Of a stretch of 64,000 nucleotides of DNA, positions 43,960 to 59,611 are shown one piece after another. Position numbers and translations under genes: made by a program. The stretch comes from the human T2T-CHM13v2.0 reference genome, Homo sapiens: assembly GCF_009914755.1 (NCBI RefSeq), contig NC_060937.1. One strand, given 5' to 3'. The notes beneath the pieces are model-generated. The model was not told the origin of the DNA, made no database searches, and was given only the letters and a program-made list of their open reading frames with translations. Numbering within the stretch: position 1 is the first letter of the stretch; each line of letters opens with the position of its first letter.

Positions 43960-44990
43960 ACCTGATTCCCCAGCCAGCTACCCCCCATTCTGTTGCCTCT
44001 TGCTTCACAGCCAAGTTTCTTGACGAAGCCATTCATCCTCTTCCCCATGCACCAGACGTTCAGACCCAACCCTGGGTCAAGTGACCTGCTGAATCACTGA
44101 GTCAAGGACGGGTGTGAGTTTGAGACAGTTCTCAGTTTCTTCCTTTGCGGACACTGTCATCCCATGATGTCCATGACACAGTTCTCTCCTTCCTTTACTT
44201 CACGCCTCCTCTGCTCCTACCTGGCTGTCCATGGTGGACATATTGGCCAACGCTCATGCATTTTAATTCTTTAGACTCTACGCTGGCCGTCTTATCCTCC
44301 ATGGAGTCAGGGTGGTGGCACCTTCTAAATGTGAGATGTCTTGCCCAGGCTTCTCCTCTGAGCTCCAGATGAATGTGTGTCATTGTTTGTATACTGTCTC
44401 TCCCTGTATGATCCAAGGACACCTCAGAAAATTAACTCGGCTGGAACCTCTCAGTCCCAGTCATCCTGCAGTGCTCGCTATCTCTGGAGGTGGCACCAGT
44501 GTCTGCCCAGATGCCTGCTGCAGAAATCTCAGTGTTATTCCGGTTATTGTCACCTCCCTCCCTGGGCATCGTATCCATCAGTGCATTCCACTGGTTGTTA
44601 CCTCTTCAGTTGTTCTTGAATCCACCTACTTTCTCAAACTCTACTTCTGCCATTCTGGTCCAAAATACTGTCCTGTCTTGCCTGGACAATTGCCAACAGC
44701 TCAACCTGCATCCATTCTTGCTCCTTCTAACCTGTTCTCACGCTGCCAGACTCATCTTTTAAAAATACAAATCTAATCATGTCCTCCCCATGGGGTAGTT
44801 CCTTCCCATTGCTCTTAGGATAAGGACCAAGCGTCTGAATGTGGCCTTGGCGGGGCCAGGCCTCTTCCTGACCCACCAGCCCTGCTCTGCAGCCATGATG
44901 ATCATCTGGGCATCAGGACTAGGGTTTTTACTGTCTGTTTTCATAGATTCTGCTTGTCTTTCTGCCCTTTGAGATCTTAGCACAGGGTCA
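43960..44990 (+). mobile_element. L2 LINE fragments
   Basis: ttctcctctgagctccagat...catctttttaaaatacaaatctaatcatgtc...ttcccattgctcttaggataag. Confidence 0.7.
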
Positions 44991-45029
44991 TTTTCAGGGA
45001 AGATTGCTCCCTACCTCTGCCCCTTCCGT

Positions 45030-45714
<685 letters not shown>

Positions 45715-47069
45715 TGTCTTTCGATTTTTAATGCCTGCATGGTAATGTGTCATAACGATGTACATTATTCTACTTAATTTAGGTTACTGTAAAAATGTTT
45801 ACGATGATAAAAATGCTGCAATTAGTATTCCTTGTGTGTGCAGAAATGCATAATTTCCCAAAGTGAAATGACTGGGTAGTACTTTTTAGGGCTTAGGTCC
45901 TGATTCTCTAATAAGTCTCCAGAAAAGTTGTACTAATCCATGTATCTATCAGTAGAGTAAGATGGTGCCTGCTTCCCTGAACCCTGGCCAACTTTGGCTA
46001 TTATAAAATATAAACATGCAAGCAAGTGTGTGTACAGCCATATCTAGATGGAAATTTAATGGGTGGAAATGGTATTTAATTGTTTCAATTTGCATTTCTA
46101 GTGCAGATTACTCCTGAACGTCAACAGTTTTCTGTTAGCTGTTGGCATTTTCTCTTTGTAAATTATCTGTGGTTCTCAGCATGATTTTCTAAAGGGCTGT
46201 TTCTCGTTTTCATATTTACTTATAAAACCCTCTTTCTATTAAGCACATTAACTTAGTTTTGTCATATATGCAAATATGAGCTTCTGTGGAACCCTTTCAA
46301 ATGACTAGAAATTCAAGGGGGAGTTTAAAGAAAAAAACACATGAAATGGGATGGTCAACTTACATTTTATTAATAAAGGCAGCAGGTTTCTCTCTTCCTT
46401 GAAAAGTTCGCTATCCAGACTGTGTGCCAAGAAGCAGATGTGTGAAAGAGAGTCTGGACTTTGAAGTTAGACTGGATTTCAGTCCTAGCAGTGTCACTCT
46501 CTAGCTGAGGGACCTGGGGCAAATTAGCCTCTGCAAGTCTCAGATGTCACTCCTGGGTAACAAGAATCCCTCTGGCCTTGTCTGGAGAGGTCAGTAGCTT
46601 ATAGGTAGTGCATGGTGCAGAGGTGGTGTTCTATAAATATTCATTCCCTTTCCGCATCCCTCAAAGATGTGCTGCTCTAGACACTCACACATCTATGTAT
46701 TCTGTTTCAATAAGGAATGTACGTATTTCACTCGGCTGATAGTCACAAATGAAATCATTCATTAATATTTTCCAAATAGGTAAATATGATAAATGTATAA
46801 ATGAGAATAGAAAACTTCTTAGTTAACCATGTGTATCTGAGTCTAGGAGCAATTTTAATTTTCAAGCTCAGGGATAATATCAGCAAATTAGGATCTGTTT
46901 TATAAAAGTGGTAGACAACGTAAGATACGGCATTCTGGAGAAAAATGGAACAGACGGCCTCATATCCTCAAAAATATTTTGATTTTAAACAGCTTTAAAC
47001 AAAATCTCAAAATACTTGCACTCTTTCATTGAGAACTTAGGTCTTAATCTGTTCTTTTTTCCCTTCTAG

Positions 47070-47112
47070 GTGTGGCTGGATCTCCTAAAACCCATTGTGA
47101 AACAGATTAGAA
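47070..47112 (+). CDS. FARP1: FARP1 internal coding exon (probably exon 4): VWLDLLKPIVKQIR(R)
   Basis: Pyrimidine tract gttcttttttcccttctAG, donor A|GTgagt at 47113; 43 nt, phase 0-1. FERM 'WLD..K.I.KQ' motif, in frame with the previous exon. Confidence 0.96.
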
Positions 47113-47547
47113 GTGAGTATATACCATATGTTTAATAGTGATGTGAAATCTGAAGCCAGACAGTTTCATGTCTAGACATCTCTTGCCCTGTGGCATGAAG
47201 CACTAGAAACACAAATTCTTCTACCCCATAATTGCTTTTCATCATCGACTAATCCGTGTACTATTAAAATGTGTGTCTTCTGCAGTTTTAATGTGTAACA
47301 GTTTGGTAATCAAAACCGAGCTTGGAAAATAAAATATCATTTTGATTAACAACTGAAGCCTGCTATTATCTTAAACCCCAGAATAATTGAGCTTGTCTTG
47401 TCTATGCCATTGTTCCTTTCTGTCACTTTCGAAGGGAAGAGGTGGAGCCATTTATTCATAAAATTGTTTTTAGGTTTTTGGTCCTTCCTCTTCAAAGCCT
47501 GTGAAATCAGAATGCAGGTATTGTTTGGGAAAAAGAGTGGCCGAAAG

Positions 47548-47568
47548 TGTGAGTGTGTGTGTGTATGT

Positions 47569-47601
<33 letters not shown>
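47548..47601. repeat. Imperfect (GT)n microsatellite
   Basis: Direct reading. Confidence 0.95.
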
Positions 47602-47603
<2 letters not shown>

Positions 47604-48816
47604 CTGAGTAGCAAGCAGAGCCCTGAAGGGAGGCTGGCATGTATGCATTTAGACTGTGTGTTGGAAAGAAAAGATTAAGGAATGTGTAGGGGAGGAACAA
47701 AGAAAAAGAATGCTTCCTTTTTCTCTCTCTTCTTGTGTCTTCCCCTCTCTATGCTTTGAGCTAAAATTCAGCATCAAGCTCTGGTCCCAATGTCATCCCA
47801 AATGGCCCTTCAATGTAGTCAGAGTCTGGACAAAAATCTGAGAATACTGTATCCTTTTAGTTGAGCATGAAGCTTACAGTACCTATGGGATCATTTGTAT
47901 GTCTGATTAAGAAACCCCACTGGGCCACTTACAGCAATTGATGTGGATGTAATAAACACGCAGCACAATTTCTGTGTGGCCCGTGTGCAATTGAAATTGA
48001 TGTTGATCATCTACAATTTCAATTAAGCAGTTACTTATAATAATTATACTGACAATGAAATGGCCATCATTTAATATTTGCTGGGTGTCCTGAGCATGGC
48101 TGGCAGGCAACGACTAGTGTTGGGGGCGAAGAGAAGCCCCCCAGCCTCATGGGCCCAGGTAGCATAGAGTCTAGGAGATCGACATTTGTCCCCCGCATGA
48201 AGGGAACTGCTAACAGTGGGAAGGTATATCTTTGGCGCAGACCTGAAGACAGAGTTGACTCTGGTTGGGTCAGAGCTGGAGCATTACTGTAGTTGTCTCC
48301 TCCATATGCTGTGACATGCCATGTGTGACAAAGCTGTCACTTGGCATTGAGTGCTAGCATCTTCCTAGTTTCAAGTTTTCTAAGGATCTGAGTAGCCGCT
48401 CAGTGAAAATCGCACAGAATAAGTGGCGCAGCCTTCTCGTCTTCCTCATTTTGCTGCTGTTATTTTGTGCTCCAGAATTGACATGTAAGAGTTTGTTAAT
48501 TTTAATGCCTTGTTTTTTTCTCCCAATTTTGTACATATTGTCAACATCTTTATTGTATGTCATTTTTGCTTTTTTTAAACTTGAATATGTGATCACAGAA
48601 ATTATAATACATAATTAGTATTTGTATATGATAGTGAAAAGTAAAACAGACATTTTTCTGCTTTTGTAATAGGACAGTTAAAATTTAGATTTCATTATAG
48701 TACCTTATATTTCATAGAACATAAATGTATTGCTATCATTCCAAAGGGCAGACCTTTTAAGATGGCTTATATTGTAGCTTACACATCAAAACAAAAAAAC
48801 TCCAATGCAAATCACA

Positions 48817-48858
<42 letters not shown>
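48817..48858. repeat. (GAT)14 microsatellite in the position of an Alu tail
   Basis: Direct reading; abuts the reverse Alu at 48859. Confidence 0.96.
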
Positions 48859-48859
<1 letters not shown>

Positions 48860-49133
48860 GAGATGGAGTCTTGCTCTCTCACACCAGGCTGGAGTGCAGT
48901 GGCACGATCTCTGCTCACTGCCATCTCCACTTCCTGGGTTCAAATGAGTCTCATGCCTCAGCCTCCTGAGTAGCTGGGATTATAGGCGCCCGCCACCACG
49001 CCTGACTAATTTTTAGTACAGACAGGGTTTTGCCATCTTGGCCAGGCTGGTTTCAAACTCCTGGCCACAGATGATCCGCCCACCTCAGCCTCCCAAATTG
49101 CTGGCATGACAGGTGTGAGCCACCGCGCCTGGC
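48859..49133 (-). mobile_element. Alu (AluS)
   Basis: tgagatggagtc...caccgcgcctggc. Confidence 0.95.
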
Positions 49134-49802
49134 TACAGATTATTATTTTATAATCTGTCTGTCCTGTTTTCTTTCTTTTTTTTTTTTTAAATTCTGAAAA
49201 GTTGTTCATCTTATTCAATCTCTCCCTCCCCTCACTCCCTATCTACTTCCTGATTTTGTCTAAACTCATTGGTAAGAGGGTTTATAAGATACTGATAAAG
49301 GCCTTGGCTGGCTGAGACAAAGCCAGGGCCACATCTGGTGTATGTTTTCCCCAGAGCTCAGAAGAGCACCTAGAGGCTGAAAACATATTTGATGAACATA
49401 TTAGCAACTGTACCTTATAAATAGTTAAATATAATGAATTGCATAACTGATGTATGTTTTCATTATTTGGGTAAAACTAGCCAATTAGATACATTTTTGA
49501 AGACAAATGACTTTATTTTAAAAAACCTAGATAAAATTTAAGTCTGCAGAGAAAAAATTTAATAGCTCTATGTAGTACTTTTGTCACAGTATTTTTTAAA
49601 AATGGATCTCTCTTTCCCCACAATATGGAAGTGTGAATTAGTAGCTGAACTTGGCCAGTTGTTAAGTGACTTGGAAAATGGCAGATGTGCACTTGGCAGC
49701 TTGGAATGAGATGCATTATTTGTATTTGTAAAGTCTTTTTCTTTAATGGCATTTGAAACACAAATCAGTAAATGCTTTACTTCTTTTTTTCTTCTTCTTT
49801 AG

Positions 49803-49881
49803 GGCCAAAGCACGTTGTTGTTAAGTTTGTGGTGAAATTCTTTCCGCCTGACCACACACAACTCCAAGAAGAACTCACAAG
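49803..49881 (+). CDS. FARP1: FARP1 internal coding exon (probably exon 5): (R)PKHVVVKFVVKFFPPDHTQLQEELT(R)
   Basis: Long pyrimidine tract then AG at 49801-02, donor AG|GTtagt at 49882; 79 nt, phase 1-2. FERM 'F.VKF.P.D...L.EE.TR' motif, visible within ORF 49772..49975. Confidence 0.97.
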
Positions 49882-50490
49882 GTTAGTGGTTTGGAAACTG
49901 TGTATTTTTTGCTACAGAGTACAGAGGAAAAGAGAAAATGAATGTTCTCAATTGATGACACAAACATTTTCATAATGTTTACTTGACCAGCATCTGTTCT
50001 GTACTGAACAGTTTAACCTTCCTCTTTCCCAGCCCTGCTTACAAAAATGGGGGGAGAAGTACTGTTTTCCCTAAAACTTGGTTTCTTGAAGGTTGTGATA
50101 TGAAGTGAATCCTGGGCTTATACTCTGTTAATAGCACATTTTCCATCTTATATGTCACATCATGGACTGTTCTGGATGTGAATCTCTTCTGTGAAACCAA
50201 CATGTCAACTCAGAGTTTGTCTTTGCCGCTGCCATGGGTGGTAGATTTGGCAGGAACTGGAGGTCAATTCTTTTCAAAGTGTGACCGCGTGGAAGAAGTG
50301 CAGGCATTGAGTCAGACCTGGCTTCGGCCACCATCCTGCCACTTGCTGTGACGGGCCAGTTACTTTCTCCCTTTGTGTTGCCATTACTTCCCCTATTACA
50401 GTGTGGACTCTAATGCTTGCTTGGCCAGAGTGGTTTTGAGGATAAGCAGTATTATACTAGAGTAGCTGGGATCCAGTAGGGACACTGTAA

Positions 50491-50909
<419 letters not shown>

Positions 50910-51042
50910 CCTCATTTTATAATTTGAGGCAAGACTGATGGTGTTCCAAAAGAGGGCAGAGCTGGCAGGAACATGTGTGGATAAAATGATTCCCTTTGAA
51001 GAGAATCCTTCAGAGGACACTAATGTAACCAGCCTAATTCTT

Positions 51043-51467
51043 TTTTTTTTTTTTTATCATTATTATACTTTAAGTTTTAGGGTACATGTGCACAATGTGC
51101 AGGTTAGTTACATATGTATACATGTGCCATGCTGGTGTGCTGCACCCATTAACTCCTCATTTAGCATTAGGTATATCTCCTAATGCTATCCCTCCCCGCT
51201 CCCCCCACCCCACAACAGTCCCCAGAGTGTGATGTTCCCCTTCCTGTGTCCATGTGTTCTCATTGTTCAGTTCACACCTATGAGTGAGAACATGTGGTGT
51301 TTGGTTTTTTGTCCTTGCGATAGTTTACTGAGAATGATGATTTCCAGTTTCATCCATGTCCCTACAAAGGACATGAACTCATCATTTTTTATGGCTGCAT
51401 AGTATTCCATGGTGTTATGTGTGCCACATTTTCTTAATCCAGTCTATCATTGTTGGACATTTGGGTT
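51043..51467 (-). mobile_element. Young 5'-truncated L1PA (L1PA3-like) 3' end
   Basis: Poly(T), ttatactttaagttttagggtacatgtgcacaatgtgcagg; 17-bp TSD taaccagcctaattctt at 51026-42 and 51468-84; lacks the L1HS ACA diagnostic. Confidence 0.93.
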
Positions 51468-51619
51468 TAACCAGCCTAATTCTTATCATACATGGTGTTC
51501 AAGCAGTGACTGTTTAATACCGAGGCCATCATATCCTTCCTCATCCCTCTCAGTACAGAGCACAGTATCTTGGGTCATCATTGATCATCATTTATCAAAG
51601 GGATGAAGATACTGATGTA

Positions 51620-52440
51620 ATCAGCAATATTTATTAAGGGTTCCCTGTGTGCAAGCATTGTTCTAGGCACTGGGAGTGCAGTGATGAAAAGACAAGAATA
51701 CTCTCATGGAAACAGACAAAGCGATTAAATAAACAAGATAATATCAGATAGCGGCAAGAACTCTTTAGGTAATTGAAGTAGGAGGATGTGATAGAGGTGC
51801 CTGGGTGATGACTTCAGGCTGGTGGGTCTGGGATGCCTCTTGAGGAAGTGAGAAGGAACCATCAGTCATTTACTGAGAGAGCTTTCTAGAGAGATGGAGC
51901 AGTCAGTACTCTGCCCAAGGCGGGAATCAGCTCCAAGCATTCAAATACATAAAGGAGGGCCAGCATGGCAGGAGTGTTGGGAGCGTCGTGGTGAGGTGGG
52001 AGAGAGGCTTGACACACATAGTGTTGAAAGATTGGCTGCCATGTGGATGTTAGGGGGAGAAGGAGAGTCCCAGGGCATCCTGTGAGGAGGCGGTCACATG
52101 GTGATGGCAAAGAAGCCACCAATAGGTAGCAGTAGAAATGGAGGCAAGTAGTTGTGTTTGGAACAGGTACCGGAAGCAGGGTCCCTCTGTCTTGGTGATG
52201 AGGTGGTGGTGGACTTTGAGGGAGGGAGAGGGGGCACTTAGATTTTTGGCTTGAGTGACTGGGGGGGAGATGGTGTTGGGGGTTACTAAAATGAGAAAAG
52301 GATGGAGGGAAGTGGAGGACTGTTGGGGAGTGGAGAGTCAGGGTGTTTCTGGCCAGGTCATGTTTGAGATACCTGTTAGCTGTCCCATGACCACAGCAGC
52401 AGCAGGAAGGACATCAGATACAGGAATGTGCAGCTCCAGG
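51620..52440 (-). mobile_element. L2 LINE fragments
   Basis: aatatttattaagg...tgttctaggcactggg...gatttttggcttgagtgactggg...tttgagatacctgttag. Confidence 0.7.
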
Positions 52441-53704
52441 GAGACAGTGACAAAGACTTCCCACTGCTTTGTGTTTTCTGAACGTTTGTGCTGCTAATCA
52501 TCCACGTCCACTTAGAACCCTCAAATCAGCGAAGAAGGCAAAGGCAGCCAGGAATTGGCAGAAAGCAGCAGCCTTCTGGGAGCTACCTGTATAGGAGGGA
52601 CAGCCCGAGCTGCTAAGCCGGGTCTGCACAGGACTGAGGGCTGGCTGATGACAGGAGGGCCTTTCGCTGGGGCTGCTGGGTCTTGGTTTCTCGGGCTGGT
52701 TTTCCTGTCGTTGGAAACTGCATTGCCCTGAGCTCTGCGTGCTGAAATAAATCTAAGGGCAAGTCCAGCTGTTGGAGGAATGTAGTTGTGTTTGGAATAA
52801 GTAGCATCGGTAGCGTGCCTTTTCCTCATGTGAATCACCAGGGCTCTTTCTTGCTCAGGAAGTTGGAGGCACAAATCCTGTATCCCCTCACCCCCGCCCC
52901 CCGTTTTTTTTTTTTTTTTCATTAAAAATTCTGTTTTGCCAATAGTTTTGCACCTTTTCAATTTTTGTGAATCGTCTCTAGAGGTTTGCAGTTGGCTACC
53001 ATTCTGGCCCTTGCTCTGAAACTCCATACAGCTGGTTACCATCGAGCCGCATGTGCCTGGTACATTGCCAGCTCCTCTGTCAGTGCTGATAAATTCCTAA
53101 AGTTACACGAGCTCAGCTGGACGGAGCAGGTTTTTGTTGTTTTTGTTTTCTGGCACCCAGTGTGAACTGACATTTAAGAAGTCTTTTCCAAGGAGACAGT
53201 TCTTTTGGCTCATTGTTGAATAAAATTGATCTGAAATTCCTACTTTTTTTTTTATCATCTCTCCATCACTCCCCACTTGGTACAAGGCATAGAGAACCTC
53301 ATGGGGCCGATGTGTTGGGACTCTCGCATCTCAAATTCCTGTAGAAGCAAAAATGGACTGACTATTGAGATTTCAGGTGCTGTTCTTTGGCAGATGGTGA
53401 ATGAGGGGATGCTGGGAGAAGCTCCATGTCAGCTGTGCTTTGTGGGGAGGGACGCATACACAGAAGTGGGACAGACGGAGAAACTGGCCTGTGGTTCAGC
53501 AAAGCATAAGTGACTCTAGCTCTGTAGTTAATGCTTTGGGCCTCCAGGAATAGCTCTTTCAGCTTCCCATTGATATAGATAGGAGATTAAATTGCACTCT
53601 TTTGTTAAACAAGAAGCTGGATTCCTTTCTATTTATTGAACTGCAGGTGGAATGCCATCCTATTGACAGCAGCACCCAGACACCTAGAAGGAGAAGCGTA
53701 TTGA

Positions 53705-54069
<365 letters not shown>

Positions 54070-55203
54070 CATGATCTCAGTTTTTCTTATCGTGTGGCTT
54101 GGAATCACTTTCCTTGTGCCATGTTTAGCCACCCTTTGTTCTTCCCCTTCTCTCTGGGCATCCCGTCTTCAGTTGGATCCAGCTTCTACTTGCCTGTGTT
54201 CTTATAGGTGAGGGGACCCTATCAGAACATGCTGCTCTGCGCCCTGCACGCCCTACTGAAGTGTTCTCTTAGACTGCAGGAGAATTCTAAATTGCTTATA
54301 TGTAATAAGAAAAGAGGGAAGATGGTGGTTTTCCAGATGAAATAAATTATTCATATTGAAAGCAAGGCATCAAATGGGTGTGACATGTGACTCTTGCAGT
54401 CCCTAGGAGTGAAGTCCCTCTGTCTGCTCCTGCCATAATCGTTGTCCTCTCCTCACATGAGAGGTGGACTCTCCTCACGTCCACTCTTCTGCTAAGGAAA
54501 CTTGATTCCATTTTGAGCGCTTTATGTTTTCATTGTGTTTACCGGTTCAGTTTTATTTAGTGCTCACCAAGTAAAACTTAGCCTCTAGCTCGCGTGAGAC
54601 TGATTGGAATTGCTTCAGTGGACAGTACTAAAGGTGTTGCAGAATCTCTAAAGTTAGCATCGCGGCCAGCATGCTCAGCTTACAGCTCATGGTAAGAAAA
54701 GTGGACAGAGTTAGTACCCAGGAAGCTACTTCTCATGTTACAAGGGCCTTGGATCAGGAAGAGTCCATGTAATCAGGGGGAGTCACGTTCTTCCTTCAGC
54801 CTTCAAAATAGCCTTGTGCTCTCCCAGTAAACGTGTGTGTTTTCAGAACCTGATGCCATCTCGCAGCCCATGTGTGATTGTCACCAAAGGTCCCCAGAGC
54901 CTGCCAGACTGCCCATGCGTTTGTCCCTGAAAACCTCTTTGTGAACACAGAAACTCATGTTTGAAATGATAAATGGTAAAATATTCAGAATGTAATTTTA
55001 AAACAGGTAAAATATTCAGAATGTCATTTTAAAACATGAAGCCCTCCTATTTAATGAAAAACCGATTAGAAATTTGTAGCTCTACAAAGTGTTGGGCTCA
55101 AAAGACAGTGACTATAATCCAGCACGATAGTTTGTATTCCCACCTCCCACATGAGGTTTAGATTGTTTTATATTCTCTGCTTTTCTTCCCTTTGACTTTC
55201 CAG

Positions 55204-55216
55204 AGACAGACAGACA

Positions 55217-55276
<60 letters not shown>
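55204..55276. repeat. Compound (AGAC)n-(AC)~29 microsatellite
   Basis: Direct reading. Confidence 0.96.
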
Positions 55277-55281
<5 letters not shown>

Positions 55282-55835
55282 GGGGTTGCGGGGAGAGACA
55301 GAAGGGTAGAGCAAGAGAACAAGAATAAAATTAGGGAGGTCAGAGAAAGTCCCACTGGTAGGTCTGTAGTCTGTAGGGCACTTTTTGCTGGTTATACAAT
55401 TGCTGCTGTGGTTTTTTAGTTCTTAATAATAAAATTTCCTAAATGACTTAAAATGGATTATTCTTTTATTTTTAAAAACTGCCAACTTTTATTGAATATT
55501 TTTGTTCTAATAGTGTTTTCCATGTATCTCATTTAATTCTTATGGAAACCTCTATAGCTAATACTATTAAAGGCCCTTTTGAAAATCAAAAATACCCTTT
55601 CATTATTATAATAGTAGTAAACATACATTGTAGAAAGTTAGAATAGACAAATGAATAAGACTAAGAAAGTAGAAACATTGCATTCCCATTGCCCGTCACA
55701 TTAGTAAGATATCCTTTCTGAATTTTTCTATGCATACATATGTACTTTTCATCTCATCTAATACATTGGCCATATTCACATTTCCCTATTTATCCCCTAA
55801 CTGTCCTTTGTATCTGTTTATTCTAAAATAAGGTT

Positions 55836-56149
<314 letters not shown>

Positions 56150-56372
56150 ACAGATCCACTCTAGGACCACATATTGCATCTAGTTAGTATGTCATCTGGG
56201 CCTATGTAAGTTAGTCCCTCATTTTCTTTTCCTCATGATAGCATCTTGTTGAAGAAACTGGACCAGCTACACTACACAGTATCCTACTTTCTGAATTTGC
56301 CTGCTAGCTTTCTTGTGGTGCTGTTTAACTTGTTCCTCTATCCTTTGTATTTTTCCAAAACTGGAAGTCATA

Positions 56373-56769
56373 GTCTGTTCTATGCTGCTATAAAGGAATA
56401 CCTGAGGCAGGGTAATTTATAAAGAAAAAAGGTTTATTTTGCTCATGATTCTGGATGGCTAAAAAGTTCAAGATTGGGCATTGACATCTGCTGAGGGCCT
56501 CAGGCTGCTTCCACTCGTGGTAGAAGGCAAAGGGGAGCTGGCATGTGCAGAGATCACATGGTGGGAGAGGAGGTGGGTGGAACAGGGAGGTGCTAGGCTT
56601 TTTGTAACAACCAGCTCTCACAGGAAGTAACAGAGTGAGAACTCACTCACCCCCAAGGGAGGTTATTAGTCTATTCATAAGGGATCTGCCTTGACAACCC
56701 AAACACCTTTCACTGGGCCCCACCTCCAGCACTCAGGATGAAATCTCAACATGAGGTTTGGAGAGGACA
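56373..56769 (-). mobile_element. MaLR MST-type LTR
   Basis: tgctgctataaaggaatacctgagg...aagttcaagattgggca...ccccacctccagcact...aacatgaggtttggagaggaca. Confidence 0.85.
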
Positions 56770-57305
56770 GGAAATTCATTCTAGGGCTTGACTGATACAC
56801 TTAAACATTTGGGCTGGAGTCTGTCATAAGTGATGTTGTGTGCTTCATATTTCATTAATGATTAGAGATTGTTCATTGGATTCAGGTGGTGACATTCTGA
56901 TTATTCTTTTGCCAGGTAAAGTCATATTTCCTTTGCCCTATGTGACTGTCCAGTCTCCTACATGGTTTTTTCACCCATTGATAATCCTGGCTGGAGTCAA
57001 TAATTTCTTTAGAGTTTGTGGAATGAGGATTTTCTAATTCTATTATTCTTGCTATGTTATAAATTGGCACTTACAATTTTTTTGCCAAATACTTGAGGCA
57101 AAATTTTACTTTATGGGAGATAAACCTGTAAAACCTTTCTTCAACTACTTGGCTGTCCTGAAACACCCTTTCCTCTGGCCAGGCAGGTTACACACTCAAT
57201 TCTTTGCCTTGGGTTACCAATTTTAAATAAGGAGATGCTTTGATCTGCCTGGAATCTACCATGTCTCCAAGGCCCTATCTCTCTATCCTTCCAACAGGTA
57301 ATTGT

Positions 57306-57659
<354 letters not shown>

Positions 57660-57794
57660 TGAGAGGACACTGTTCTCAGGCAGCAGGTAAACTAGATATC
57701 TAAAAATCTATGAGTTTGTATCATTATTTTCACATCCATTTTAACATTGTACAGGTTCGGTTTGGTTTTGTCTTGCTGCGGGGCAGGGGGTGGT

Positions 57795-58612
57795 ATCTAT
57801 GACCTTAAGTATTTATCCTTTGTGTTACAAACAATCCAATTATACTCTTCATTATTTTTAAAGTATAGTAAATTATTATTGACTGTAGTCACCCAGTTGT
57901 GCTATCAAATATTAGATCTTATTCATTCTATCTCATTTTTTTGGACCCATTAACTATCCCCACTCCCTCTACCTTTACCAGCCTCTGGTAACTTCATTCT
58001 GCTCTCTCTTTCCATGAGTTCAATTGTTTTAATTTTTAGCTCCCAAAAATAAGTGAGAATATGTGAAGTTTGTTTTTCTGTGCCTGGCTTATTTCACTTA
58101 ACATAATGACCTCCAGTTCCAATCATGCTGTGCAAATGACAAGATCTCCTTGTTTATGGCTGAATAGTAATCCACTGTGTATACATACCCCATTTTCTTT
58201 GTCCGTTCATCTGTGGATGGACACTTAGGTTTCCTCCAAATCTTGGCTGTTGTGAATGGTGCTGCAGTAAACATGGGAGTGCAGATATCTCTTTGACATA
58301 CTGTTTTCCTTTCTTTTCGGTACACACCTAGTACTGGGATTGCTGGGTCATATGGTAGCTCTATTTTTAGTTTTTTCAGGAACCTCCAAACTGTTCTCTA
58401 TCGTGGTTGTACTAATTTACATTCCCGCCGATAGTACTTGAGGGTTTTTTGTGTTTTTTTTTTTTTTTTTTTGCCACATCCAAGCATTTGTTACTGCCTA
58501 TCTTTTGGATATGAGCCATTTTAACTGGGGTGAGATGATATCTCATTATAATTTTGATTGCATTTCTCTGATGATCAGTGATGTTGAGCATCTTTTCATA
58601 AGCCTGTTTGCT
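57795..58612 (-). mobile_element. L1 (L1MA/L1PB-like) 3' fragment with ORF2 C-terminal remnant
   Basis: ORF 58098..58325 reads DICTPMFTAA.FT.AKIW..PKCPSTDE..KKM, the L1 ORF2 C-terminus. Confidence 0.9.
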
Positions 58613-58717
58613 GTTGCACAGTTTTTACTTAATGTCTTTGATTTGCAAATGTATTTTTTATCTTACACCAAAAATGTTGACATGCTTAATACCACAATAT
58701 AAAGAAAAGAAATGAAT

Positions 58718-59015
<298 letters not shown>

Positions 59016-59513
59016 AATGAATTTTTACAAATCTTGTAACTGGGTCCTATGGAAGTAGTTACACCACAAAAAAAAAAAAAAAAATGACGCCCCCTTGTTT
59101 TTCTCATTTCATTGGCAATCCTCTGACTCACCATAATAAACTACTGTTATTGTCTGAGCCATAGAACCATGTTAGAGTATGGATGACTGATTCTGTGAAA
59201 AAAATGTAAATATTTCCTGTACGCTACAAAAATATATAGCATGCTAGGTTATGGTCTCACATTTTTATGGCTCTCTCTCCCTATGTAAAATGAAACATAT
59301 TATTCATACTGTGAAAAGATGATAGCATACATCTCTTTGTATTTTGGAGGGAGATATTTACACTGCAGTGAATGGCAGCTGGAATCCGTTCCAGCCCATG
59401 CAGACTTCGTGGTTGGGGTTTGCATCCCTCTCCTTGGCCTCTCATGGTGAGGCCAGGTTCCCGGTGACCTCCTGCCCTCTTTGCCTGACGCCCAGCTCTG
59501 TTGATCTTCGCAG

Positions 59514-59611
59514 GTACCTGTTCGCGCTGCAGGTGAAGCAGGACTTGGCTCAAGGCAGGTTGACGTGTAATGACACCAGCGCAGCTCTCTTGATTTCACA
59601 CATTGTGCAAT
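59514..59611 (+). CDS. FARP1: FARP1 internal coding exon (probably exon 6): (R)[32 protein letters not shown](S)
   Basis: Acceptor ttgatcttcgcAG at 59512-13, donor T|GTaagt at 59612; 98 nt, phase 2-1. FERM F2 'RYLF.LQ.K.D...GRL.C' motif, visible in ORF 59344..59661. Confidence 0.97.

Noticed and set aside
52521-53042. Longest ORF (173 aa, minus strand)
   Set aside because: Non-ATG start, runs through a poly(A)/G tract, no recognisable homology or splice support.
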